From: Candidatus Spongiisociaceae bacterium
GTDB lineage: Bacteria > Actinomycetota > Acidimicrobiia > Spongiisociales > Spongiisociaceae
Assembly (NCBI GenBank): GCA_965202665.1
Contig: OZ241841.1
Span: 352,001-416,000 of the forward strand
Direction: 5' to 3'
DNA length: 64,000 bases
Shown here in pieces: positions 50,806-59,552 of this stretch (position 1 is the first letter of the stretch; each line of letters starts with the position of its first letter). The position numbers were made by a program, and so were the translations under genes. The notes beneath the pieces are model-generated. The model did not search any database and was not told the origin of the DNA. It worked only from the letters and a program-made list of their open reading frames with translations.

Positions 50806-52206
50806 GTAGTTGGCTACTATCGCTATCTGGTCGGCTAGGCGTCCGGGGGCGCAGGCACTGTGGTGGTTGACTCCGGCCAGCGCCCAGCGACGCCACGCCG
50901 CCTCCACCGGGTCATCGCCCGCAAACCGGAAGGCCCCGCCCGCCGTGGGGCTGTCCGGGAAGGAACGTTCGGTTATCTCCCCTTCGGCGGCTATCAGGCG
51001 GAAACCGCTCGGTTCGGCGTGGTGGGGGGTGAAACCGACCAGGGTGGCCGGGCCGGGGGGCAGTTCGAACCAGGCGCTGACCCCGGTCAGCGGGTCGGAT
51101 AGAAACCAGGGGTTGGGCTGCAGGCGGGGGCGAACATCCTCCGGACACCAGGCCAGGTCGTGCTCGCCGGAGTTGGCGATGGCCGTCTCCCCCCGCACGA
51201 AGTCGATCGCCTCCACCTCGTGATACAGGGCCGCCCCGCCCAGCCGTTTCGCCACCAGCATGGCGACCGCCGTCACCACATCCCCGGTGCATGTCCAAGG
51301 AACGCCGCGGGTGGTTTCCCGTCCCAGCGCGAAACAGGGCGTCACGCCCGGGTCCTCCCCGTAGCGGATCTGGGGGACATGGCAGTTCATCGCCCCGGCG
51401 TGGAACCCGCCTTCCCGGTCCAGATCCTCCAAGGCGGCCGCCAGTCGCAGAGAACGGGTGCGTGCCGGCTCGTCGGGGGCGGCGTCCTCAAACCTTTCTC
51501 CGATTTCCGCCTCCAACCGGGATATGTCCGAACAGCGCCGGTAGCGGTCGGCTATCTCGTCCGGGGAAACCGCCGCCACTTCCAGGCCGATGGCCCGGCG
51601 CAACTCCCCGTCGTCCGCATCCACGCAGGCGTAGCCGTCCACCGGCCGCCCCACCCGGGCGATGCGGGCCCGGGACACGGCCGCCGCCGTAGCCGCCGCC
51701 CGAATGACCCGCACCAGCCGCCGATAGACCTCCCCGTCCTGCACCGCCCCCACCGCCAACTCAAAAGGGCGGCCCTCCCGGCCCAGCACGTTGGTCAGCA
51801 TGGGCGTCCCCACCGTCGCCCCCTGGGTGGTGATGTCGTACTGGTCAAAACCCACCCATACGCTGCGGGAACGTTGCGCCGCCCATACGATCACCGGCGC
51901 CTCCGGCAACCCGTCCAAAGCGGTTTTGGCGTACATCGGGGGAACGGCCATGGTCTGCATCGCCAAAATCACCTCCGTCCCCGCCCGTGCCATCTCCGCC
52001 GCCGCCCGTTCCCCCGCCTCCGCCGAATCAACCAGCCCCCGCCACGCTATATGCAACCCGCCCGACTCCTCCCCCGCCGCCGCCAAAGCATCCGCCGCCT
52101 GCTCCAGCAAGCCTTCCCGCTCTTGGCGGAAGCCGGGTCCGCCCGCGCTCGGCTCCCAGAAAGTCCAGTAGGGCGCAAGCAAAGCCACCCGGGGTTGGTC
52201 GGACAT
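50776..52206 (-). CDS. L-fucose/L-arabinose isomerase-like protein (paralog B)
   Basis: GLVDS, GTPMLTNVL, NCH, TCTGD, GPATL, AEGE, NHHSACAPG. Confidence 0.72.
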   Translation of the reverse strand: MSDQPRVALLAPYWTFWEPSAGGPGFRQEREGLLEQAADALAAAGEESGGLHIAWRGLVDSAEAGERAAAEMARAGTEVILAMQTMAVPPMYAKTALDGLPEAPVIVWAAQRSRSVWVGFDQYDITTQGATVGTPMLTNVLGREGRPFELAVGAVQDGEVYRRLVRVIRAAATAAAVSRARIARVGRPVDGYACVDADDGELRRAIGLEVAAVSPDEIADRYRRCSDISRLEAEIGERFEDAAPDEPARTRSLRLAAALEDLDREGGFHAGAMNCHVPQIRYGEDPGVTPCFALGRETTRGVPWTCTGDVVTAVAMLVAKRLGGAALYHEVEAIDFVRGETAIANSGEHDLAWCPEDVRPRLQPNPWFLSDPLTGVSAWFELPPGPATLVGFTPHHAEPSGFRLIAAEGEITERSFPDSPTAGGAFRFAGDDPVEAAWRRWALAGVNHHSACAPGRLADQIAIVANYLKIGFIQVS

Positions 52207-52319
52207 CGTCGCCTCCTCGCTTGCCTCCCGCGCCTTTTCCCCGGCGTCGCCGACGCGCCGGGCGGTTCAAAGACTAGGGTATTCATTGAAACGTCGCCGG
52301 AACCCGCAAAGGAGCGCAT

Positions 52320-53447
52320 ATGACCACCGCAACCGACACCCGAATTGAGTTCTCCGACATACTGGGCCGCCGGGTGCGGCTCGGTTCGTGGGAGGATCAG
52401 AAGATCTCCACCTACCGCAAGATCAAGTCGGCGGTGGCGGAGGGAAACTGGGACCACGCCGCCGAGTTGGCCGACTATTTCACCGACGAGGCCAACGTGT
52501 GTTTCAGCCTCTACCGGCAGTGGATAAACGACCTGAACGGCTTCCTCAAAGAACAGGGAACCCCCGCCGACGAACTGGCGGAAATCAACGCCGCCATCGT
52601 GGACAAAATCGCCCTGCCCGACGGCTCCCCCTGGAACCCGCATCGGCACTGGGACCTCTACAAGCGGCAACAGCGGGAACTGCTGTCCTACATCTACCGG
52701 GGGCGGGCGGACGAAGCCGGCCGGGCCTTGGACGGTATGAAAGAAACCTGGCGGCAGACCCACGACCGGGATGTGGATCACACCTACGGGTTGATGTCGG
52801 AAATCCAGGAACGATTCGGTTCGCAGGGGATAGTGGACATGTTCCAGAAACTGCTGGTGCCCCTGTTCGCCTGGCGATACGAAAAGTTCGACATCGACAA
52901 GCACCCCTGGGATGAGGGCTTGGAGGCCCTGATGCTGGTGGCGTGCGAGGCGATGCGGGGCCATCTGGTGGGCCCGGAGCGGACCGGGGACTTCGAGCTG
53001 GTGGAAACCGACGACCGGTTCATCGTCCGCTTCGACCCGTGCGGCTCCGGGCAGCGCACCATCCGCGGCGACTGGATAGAAAACACGCCGGCCCGCATGA
53101 AACCCCCCTACAACTGGGGCGTCTCCCAGGAGGAGGCCTCCTGGAACCATTATCAGAAAGGGGTGTGCCTGTACTGCGCCCATTGCATCATCCTGATGGA
53201 GGAAATGCCGATGGACCGGTTCGGCTATCCGGTGCGGGTGGTGGACCCGCCGGTCTATCCGGACACCGACCGGGACCCGGAGGCGCGGCAACGTTGCCAG
53301 TGGCAGATGTTCAAAGACCCCACGCAGGTCCCCGCCGAATACTACGAGCGGGTGGGACGCACCAAGCCGGAACAATTCGGCTCGTCCCATTTCGACGCCC
53401 CCGAAATGCCCGACGCCGGGGCCCTCGGCCTGCCCGGACTGGGCTGA
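52320..53447 (+). CDS. Uncharacterised protein with FDPCGSG and CxYCAHC motifs (paralog B)
   Basis: EAMRGHLVGPER, FDPCGSG, GVCLYCAHC, GYPVRVVDPPVYPD, RCQW..FK. Confidence 0.85.
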   Translation: MTTATDTRIEFSDILGRRVRLGSWEDQKISTYRKIKSAVAEGNWDHAAELADYFTDEANVCFSLYRQWINDLNGFLKEQGTPADELAEINAAIVDKIALPDGSPWNPHRHWDLYKRQQRELLSYIYRGRADEAGRALDGMKETWRQTHDRDVDHTYGLMSEIQERFGSQGIVDMFQKLLVPLFAWRYEKFDIDKHPWDEGLEALMLVACEAMRGHLVGPERTGDFELVETDDRFIVRFDPCGSGQRTIRGDWIENTPARMKPPYNWGVSQEEASWNHYQKGVCLYCAHCIILMEEMPMDRFGYPVRVVDPPVYPDTDRDPEARQRCQWQMFKDPTQVPAEYYERVGRTKPEQFGSSHFDAPEMPDAGALGLPGLG

Positions 53448-53492
53448 ACGACCCCGGGACAACTCCGGGAAAACCCTGGGTCAAGGGCCGTC

Positions 53493-54515
53493 ATGCGAGC
53501 CGCCCTGCTACGGGAATACCATCAACCCCTGCAACTTGAGGAACTGCCCGACCCCGTCCCCGGGCCGGGGCAGGTGGTGGTGGACACCCGGGCGGCGGGG
53601 GTGTGCGGGAGCGACGTGTTCCTGCAAAAAGGCGGGTTCGACTCTAGGTTGCCCATCGTGCCCGGCCACGAAGCGGCCGGAGTGGTGTCGGCGGCGGGGC
53701 CGGGGGTGGAAATCCGGATCGGAACCCCGGTGGCCATGTACTACATCGACCACTGCGGGGAATGCCGCACCTGCCGGGCGGGGCGGGTCAACATGTGCCT
53801 GTCGGTGCGCCGCATGGGAGTGGAATTCCATGGGGCGTTCGCCGAAAAGGTGGTGTTGGCGGAACGGAGCGTCATACCGGTTTCACCCGATGACGACCCG
53901 GCCGCCATCGCGGTGCTGACCGATGCGGTAGCCACCCCCTACCACGCCCTGGTGCGCATCGCCCGCGTCGAACCGGGGGAGACGGTGGCGGTGTTCGGAA
54001 TCGGCGGAATAGGTTCCAACGCGGTGCAGTTGGCCGCTCATCTGGGATGCCGGGTGATCGCCGTCAGCCGCACCCCCGCCAAACTGGACTTGGCGGCCCG
54101 GCTGGGGGCGGAGGCGGTCATCCGCAGCGACCGGGGCGTGTTGGAAAACATCGCCGAAGCGGCCGGGGAGGGCGGGCCGGATGTGATCCTGCAGACGGTC
54201 GGTTCGGCGGCGGTGTACGAACAGGCCTTGGCGGCGGCGGGGATCGGATGCCGGGTGATCGCGGTCGGCTCCAGCCTGGAACCGTTGCCGGTGATTCCCA
54301 TGCGCCTCATCTGGAGCGAAGCGGCGGTGGCCGGTTCGCGGGGGTTCACCCCCCGGGACATCAGGGAAGTGATCGAACTGCACCGTTCGGGGGCCATCGC
54401 CACCGGCCATCTGCTGGGCAATCGGATCGAACTGGACGGCATCAACCGGGCCTTGGACGACCTGCGGGCCGGAAAGGTGCTGCGTTCAGTGGTCGCATTC
54501 AAAGACGGCTGGTAA
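53493..54515 (+). CDS. Zn-dependent alcohol dehydrogenase
   Basis: GVCGSD, GHE, CGECRTC..C, GIGGIG. Confidence 0.93.
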   Translation: MRAALLREYHQPLQLEELPDPVPGPGQVVVDTRAAGVCGSDVFLQKGGFDSRLPIVPGHEAAGVVSAAGPGVEIRIGTPVAMYYIDHCGECRTCRAGRVNMCLSVRRMGVEFHGAFAEKVVLAERSVIPVSPDDDPAAIAVLTDAVATPYHALVRIARVEPGETVAVFGIGGIGSNAVQLAAHLGCRVIAVSRTPAKLDLAARLGAEAVIRSDRGVLENIAEAAGEGGPDVILQTVGSAAVYEQALAAAGIGCRVIAVGSSLEPLPVIPMRLIWSEAAVAGSRGFTPRDIREVIELHRSGAIATGHLLGNRIELDGINRALDDLRAGKVLRSVVAFKDGW

Positions 54516-54527
54516 ACGAGCGGACCG

Positions 54528-55589
54528 ATGGGCGGTCGCTACCGGATTGCGGTGATACCCGGGGACGGGGTGGGCCGGGAGGTTGCCGAAGCGGGCTTGG
54601 CGGTGGCGCAGGCGGCGGCCGACCCGGACGGCGTCGTTTTGGAAACCATCGAATATCCCTGGTCGTGCGAATGGTACGCCAAGCACGGGCGGATGATGCC
54701 CGGCGACTGGCGGGAGCGCTTGGAGGCGGCGGATGCCATTTTCCTGGGGGCGGTCGGCTATCCGGGGGTGCCCGACCATGTTTCACTGTGGGGATTGCTG
54801 CTTCCCATCCGCCAGGCTTTCGACCAGTACGTCAACCTGCGCCCCATCCGGGCTTTGCCGGGCATCCGCCCCACCTTGGCCCGCAAAGACCACCGCCACA
54901 TCGACATAATGCTGGTGCGGGAAAACACGGAAGGGGAATACGCCGGGCAGGGCGGGCGGCTGGCGGCCGGAACCGAATGGGAGGTGGCCACCCAAACCTC
55001 CGTTTACACCCGGCGGGGGGTGGAGCGGCTGGTGCGCTACGGGTTTGAAACCGCCCGCGCCCGCTCCGGGCGGCTGGCTTCGGCCACCAAATCCAACGCC
55101 CTGCAATACGCTTCGGTGATGTGGGACGAGGTGGTGGAGGAAACGGCGGGGGACTATCCGGATGTGCAGGTTTCCCCCTATCTGATCGACGCTTTGGCGG
55201 CCGCTTTCATCTCCCATCCGGAAAACTTCGACGTGGTGGTCGCCTCCAACCTGTTCGGGGACGTCCTGGCCGACATCGGAGCGGCCCTGATGGGGTCCAT
55301 GGGGATGGCACCTTCCGCCAACCTGAACCCGGCAGGAACCGCCCCCAGCCTGTTCGAACCGGTGCACGGCTCCGCCCCCGACATCGCCGGGCGGGGCGAA
55401 GCCAACCCGCTGGCGGCGGTGTGGAGCGCCTCCCTGATGCTGGACCACTTGGGGGAGGCGGAAGCCGCCCGGCGGGTGATGGCATCTGTGGAACAGGTGG
55501 CCGAATCCGGCCCGCACACCCCCGACCTGGGCGGAACCGGATCCACCGCCCAAGTAACCGACGCCCTACTGCAAGCCGTCCCCAAATAG
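54528..55589 (+). CDS. Tartrate/D-malate dehydrogenase (isocitrate/isopropylmalate dehydrogenase family)
   Basis: IPGDGVG, DHVSLWGLL..IR..FDQYVNLRP, RENTEGEY, SATKSN, NLFGD, FEPVHGSAPDIAG. Confidence 0.9.
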   Translation: MGGRYRIAVIPGDGVGREVAEAGLAVAQAAADPDGVVLETIEYPWSCEWYAKHGRMMPGDWRERLEAADAIFLGAVGYPGVPDHVSLWGLLLPIRQAFDQYVNLRPIRALPGIRPTLARKDHRHIDIMLVRENTEGEYAGQGGRLAAGTEWEVATQTSVYTRRGVERLVRYGFETARARSGRLASATKSNALQYASVMWDEVVEETAGDYPDVQVSPYLIDALAAAFISHPENFDVVVASNLFGDVLADIGAALMGSMGMAPSANLNPAGTAPSLFEPVHGSAPDIAGRGEANPLAAVWSASLMLDHLGEAEAARRVMASVEQVAESGPHTPDLGGTGSTAQVTDALLQAVPK

Positions 55590-55639
55590 GCGAAAACAGA
55601 GCATCCGCATAAATCCCAAACCGTTTTACCATCGGGGGC

Positions 55640-56224
55640 ATGATTGAAAAATTCTACCGATGGCGGGCAGCGGCGGGCCGCGAAGCTTACGTACGAGAGC
55701 TGGAGGCAAGCCTGACCCGAGGCTGGAAACAGGCTTACGTCAACGAAACGGCCGATGGCCATAAAATGAAAGACAGTGATATGAGCTACGCTATTGATCA
55801 CATGGTCCTCGGTTTGGAATACGGACCTGCGAATAGCAACCCCTATGCACTGCGGATTCGACACATAGGGCTTAAGAAACATGGAGGCTTGCTGGATATT
55901 GGTTTTGAGGAGACCTTGGATAGACGGGAGGGGCATATTTTTCACGCTCAGGAACCCAACCCAAGATGGATGAAACTTTTAAGGGCGAAGGGGCTACAAT
56001 GGTTAGATATGAAAACGGAAATAACCACCCCCGCCCCGCCGGAGGACTTTTCGGGGCTGTACGATGTCAACGACGAAATTTTTATCGAAGGGCTCAGGAC
56101 CATCCTGGAACGATTGCCCGACGGATACCGATTCGACCCCGACACCGGAATCCTGCTCCGCGACGACCCCACCCTGGACCCCCACCCCTACCTGGGCACC
56201 CTCTACCCCTCGGAAGAGGACTAG
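55640..56224 (+). CDS. Hypothetical protein
   Basis: 194-aa ORF, lower-GC N-terminal part, high-GC C-terminal part that is duplicated downstream. Confidence 0.6.
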   Translation: MIEKFYRWRAAAGREAYVRELEASLTRGWKQAYVNETADGHKMKDSDMSYAIDHMVLGLEYGPANSNPYALRIRHIGLKKHGGLLDIGFEETLDRREGHIFHAQEPNPRWMKLLRAKGLQWLDMKTEITTPAPPEDFSGLYDVNDEIFIEGLRTILERLPDGYRFDPDTGILLRDDPTLDPHPYLGTLYPSEED

Positions 56225-56473
56225 GGGGGCTAGGTCAGTTCGAACAAGGATGGCGACCGCCCCAGCCCCGCCGGAGAACTTTGCGGGGCTGTACGATGTC
56301 AACGACGAAATGTTCACGGCGGGGTTCTTAGCCGCTCTGGAACGATTGCCCGACGGATACCGATTCGACCCCGACACCGGAATCCTGCTCCGCGACGACC
56401 CCACCCTGGACCCCTACCCCTACCTGGGCGCCCTCTACTCTTCGGAAGAGGGCCAGGGGGGCTAGGTCAGTTC
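56029..56473. repeat. Imperfect tandem duplication, 232-bp period (about 56029-56241 and 56261-56473)
   Basis: Both copies encode PAPPE-F-GLYDVNDE...LERLPDGYRFDPDTGILLRDDPTLDP-PYLG and end in GGGGGCTAGGTCAGTTC. Confidence 0.9.
56250..56465 (+). CDS. Small protein or duplicated C-terminal module of the upstream gene
   Basis: ATG at 56250, MATAPAPPENFAGLYDVNDE...; 71 aa. Confidence 0.45.
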   Translation: MATAPAPPENFAGLYDVNDEMFTAGFLAALERLPDGYRFDPDTGILLRDDPTLDPYPYLGALYSSEEGQGG

Positions 56474-57469
56474 TCCGGCTCGCCAGGCTTTCAGGTAGTT
56501 CATGCAGAACTCGTCCCGGCCGAGCAGGGTGTCGCAAGCCAGCCGGTAGCCGGGCGACTCCCGGTCGGCGGCCCAAACTTCGGCCACCGGATTCATCACC
56601 GGGTCGATAATCCCGCTGTCCGCCCCCGCCTCCGTCGCCAGGTTGATGAAGGCGGCGTTCATCAACTTGCGGGCCGGGATCCCGAAAGAAACGTTGCTGA
56701 GGCCGCCGGTGATGTGAATGCCGGAACCGAACCGCTCCCTCAAACCGCGGATGGCGTCCAACACGTGCAACCCGTACGACCCATCCACCGAAATGGGGAA
56801 AACCAACGGGTCCACGTAAATGTCGTCCTCCGCCAGCCCCCCCGCCAAAGCCGCCTCCACCATCCGGGAGGCGTTGTCGATGCGCTCCCCGGCGTCGGAA
56901 GGCATGCCCTCCGACCCCGACGAGGTAACTATCACCCGGGCCCCATGCTCCACCGCCAATTCCAAAGCGTCGATCCGTTCCAGGGAAGCCGAGTTGAGCA
57001 TGGGACGGGCCCCGTTGCCGGCCGCCGCCCGCAAACCGGCCGCGATGGACTGCACGTCGGAGGAATCGACCGACACCGGCAACTGGGAGTGTTCCCGCAC
57101 GAACCCGACCAGCCACACCATCGCCTCCCGTTGCTCGGCGGGCCGCAGGGAAATCTCATCCACGTTCACATCCAGGAAATGGGCCCCCGCCCGTTCCTGA
57201 TCGCGGATCACCCGTCGCAGGTACTCCTCCCCCTCTGGGGCGCCCCTCATCGCCTCCCGCACCGCCAAGGCGATGTGCTTGACGCGGCCCTGTTGAAACT
57301 CTTTGCCGGCCGTCATCCATTCCGTCACCGGCAGAAACCCCTCCTCGCCCCCGATGGTGGTGAAAACCACTCCCCCCCGTCCGTCCCGCTCCGCGAACCG
57401 TTTGCCTTTGCGCAACAGGATGCGGCTGGCGTGGATGTTCTCCCCGATGACGATGAAAGGGCCGCTCAC
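56462..57469 (-). CDS. Methyltetrahydrofolate:corrinoid methyltransferase (AcsE/MetH pterin-binding domain-like)
   Basis: IGENIH, GAHFLDVN, SVDSS, LNS, DPLVFPI, GGLSNVSFGIP-R..N, IIDP; GTG start overlaps the upstream stop. Confidence 0.88.
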   Translation of the reverse strand: MSGPFIVIGENIHASRILLRKGKRFAERDGRGGVVFTTIGGEEGFLPVTEWMTAGKEFQQGRVKHIALAVREAMRGAPEGEEYLRRVIRDQERAGAHFLDVNVDEISLRPAEQREAMVWLVGFVREHSQLPVSVDSSDVQSIAAGLRAAAGNGARPMLNSASLERIDALELAVEHGARVIVTSSGSEGMPSDAGERIDNASRMVEAALAGGLAEDDIYVDPLVFPISVDGSYGLHVLDAIRGLRERFGSGIHITGGLSNVSFGIPARKLMNAAFINLATEAGADSGIIDPVMNPVAEVWAADRESPGYRLACDTLLGRDEFCMNYLKAWRAGELT

Positions 57470-59172
57470 CGCCCCGCTCCCGCCAGCGCCGGCTCCGCAG
57501 GCCCCGCCGGGCCGTCGGAAACGGGGGCGAACGGAAATACTTCCGGCATCGGCTTCAGTTGGCATCCCTCCACGAACACATCGAAGAAGTCGGTAGAGGT
57601 TTCCAGTTCAATGTGGGTTACGTCTTTCACCCGTTCCTCCAGGGCCGCCCGGCGGGAGGCGGACAGCAACACCCGGCGGGCCCCGTCGATGGCCGCATTG
57701 CCCACCCGCGTGATGCGTTCCGGCGGAATGGGCGGTATCAGGCCGATTTCCGCCGCGTTGCGGGCGTTGATGTAGGAGGCGAACCCCCCGGCCAGAAACA
57801 GCCGTTCCACATCGGCGGGCTGCACCCCGGCCGCCCGCATGACGATCAGCTGGCCGCTGTAGTTGGCGGCTTTCGCCTGGGCCAGATTGCCGACGTCCTG
57901 CTTGGAAAAAGTAATGCCCCGTTCGGGGAAGAGATCCATCTGGAAACGGCGCCGGTCGGCGGAGAACACCCCCCGTTCGGTCATAATCCCGTGCCGCCGC
58001 ACTTCGGCCAACAGGTCGATCAGGCCCGACCCGCACAACCCCGCCGGGGGTTGGCCGCCGATGGTGGCGTATTCGGCGGGGGTTCCGTCCGGGGCGAGGC
58101 GGATGGATTCGACGGCCCCCTCGTAGGCCCGCATCCCGTAGGAGACCAGCCCCCCTTCGAAGGCGGGCCCGGCCGGGCAGGAAGCGGCGAACAGCCGCCC
58201 CCGGTGGTGGAGGAGCACCTCGGTGTTGGTGCCGATGTCCACCAGCATGTTGGTTCCGCCCCCGGCCGCCAGATCCACCGACTCCAAACAGGCGGCGGCG
58301 TCGCCCCCCACATGGCTGGCCACCAGCGGCAACCCGTAGACCCGCGCCCGCCGGTTGGCCCGGATGCCCAACTCTTCGCTGCGGGCCAGCAGGGCGGTGG
58401 TGGGGCGGCGGCCGTCCAAATATTCGCGCTCCGTCAGCGACTTGTAAGGTTTGGAGCCGATGCTCTGCACGTCCCAGCCGAACAGGATGTCCCGCATGGT
58501 GGAGTTGCCCGCAACCGTGATCTCGTACACGCAGGGCGGGCGGCGCCCGACGGAGGCGGTCAACTCCCGGATGCCCTGATTGAGGTAGGTGACCGCCGCC
58601 TTCTGCAACTCCCCCGCCGCCCCGGGCTGGGCTTCGTAGGAGATGCGGTTCATCACGTCGCTCCCCCCGAACCGTTGCGGGTTCTCGAAACTGGCCACCG
58701 CCGCCGGGCGGCCGGTTTCCAAATCCACCAGTTCCATCACCACGGTGGTGGTGCCCAAATCCACCGCCAGCCCGAAAATCGCCCCCCGGTAGGAGTCCAC
58801 CCGCTCCCCGTCGTACAACACCGACTCCCCCGCCCGGACGACCAGCGGATCCAACGGGCCGGGAGGGGCGGCGGGGGACTGCGGTTCCAAGATGCGGGGG
58901 CGGCGGCGCAGGGCGGCGAATTCGATGGGGGAGGCCGGGTCCATGATGCGGGCCTGGCAGGCCAGGCGGTAGTCGTCCCGCAGGAAAGCCTCCGCGGCGG
59001 TGGGGGGGAGCAGCGATTCCATGCCGGAAATGATTTCCACCACGCATTCGTGGCATTGGCCGGTGCGGCGGCAGGAAGTGGGCACCTCCACCGCCAGTTC
59101 GTCGGCGTAATCGAAGATGGTCTTGCCCGCCTCCGCCGGACGGGCCTCCCCGCCGTGCCGAACCTCGCTCAT
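57466..59172 (-). CDS. ATP-dependent corrinoid reductive activator (RACo/DUF4445 ASKHA family) with N-terminal 2Fe-2S domain
   Basis: C..TGQCHEC...RLACQ, DLGTTT, NPQ..G-DV..RI, GN-TM, VGGD, DIGTNTE, AGPAFEG, CGSG, LAGGF, GNAA. Confidence 0.92.
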   Translation of the reverse strand: MSEVRHGGEARPAEAGKTIFDYADELAVEVPTSCRRTGQCHECVVEIISGMESLLPPTAAEAFLRDDYRLACQARIMDPASPIEFAALRRRPRILEPQSPAAPPGPLDPLVVRAGESVLYDGERVDSYRGAIFGLAVDLGTTTVVMELVDLETGRPAAVASFENPQRFGGSDVMNRISYEAQPGAAGELQKAAVTYLNQGIRELTASVGRRPPCVYEITVAGNSTMRDILFGWDVQSIGSKPYKSLTEREYLDGRRPTTALLARSEELGIRANRRARVYGLPLVASHVGGDAAACLESVDLAAGGGTNMLVDIGTNTEVLLHHRGRLFAASCPAGPAFEGGLVSYGMRAYEGAVESIRLAPDGTPAEYATIGGQPPAGLCGSGLIDLLAEVRRHGIMTERGVFSADRRRFQMDLFPERGITFSKQDVGNLAQAKAANYSGQLIVMRAAGVQPADVERLFLAGGFASYINARNAAEIGLIPPIPPERITRVGNAAIDGARRVLLSASRRAALEERVKDVTHIELETSTDFFDVFVEGCQLKPMPEVFPFAPVSDGPAGPAEPALAGAGR

Positions 59173-59549
59173 TCCGCCGCCTCCGAATCGGCCCCGTCCG
59201 CCTCCCGCCGTTGGGCGGCTTCCCGTTTGATGGAGGCTATCTTGTCTTTGGTGCGGCGGTAGGCCCGGGCGTCGGTCTCCCAGGCGGTGCGGTAGTCGAA
59301 GGTTCCGTCGTGGCCGCAGAACAGCTCCTCCGGGTCGGCCTCCTCCGCCCGCTGGTTGCGGCATCGGAACAGGGCGGTGCATCGGTCCAGGCGGTCCCGG
59401 TAGGGGCACCGCAACCGGGACACCTCCTCGGCGTGCGAGGCCACCCCGGTGAAAATCTGGTTGATCCGGTCCAGGCGGAGGCGTATCTCCTCCGGGTCCA
59501 ACGGCTCCGGATGGGGGGGCTCGGAGGCGGGGGGCGGGGATTCGGCCAT
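59169..59549 (-). CDS. Small Cys-rich hypothetical protein
   Basis: RCPYR...CTA-FRCRNQ...C..DG; coupled between the corrinoid protein and the activator. Confidence 0.75.
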   Translation of the reverse strand: MAESPPPASEPPHPEPLDPEEIRLRLDRINQIFTGVASHAEEVSRLRCPYRDRLDRCTALFRCRNQRAEEADPEELFCGHDGTFDYRTAWETDARAYRRTKDKIASIKREAAQRREADGADSEAAE

Positions 59550-59552
59550 CGG

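Noticed and set aside
56029-56473. Diversity-generating retroelement TR/VR pair
   Set aside because: Mismatches are not adenine-specific and no reverse transcriptase is in the window
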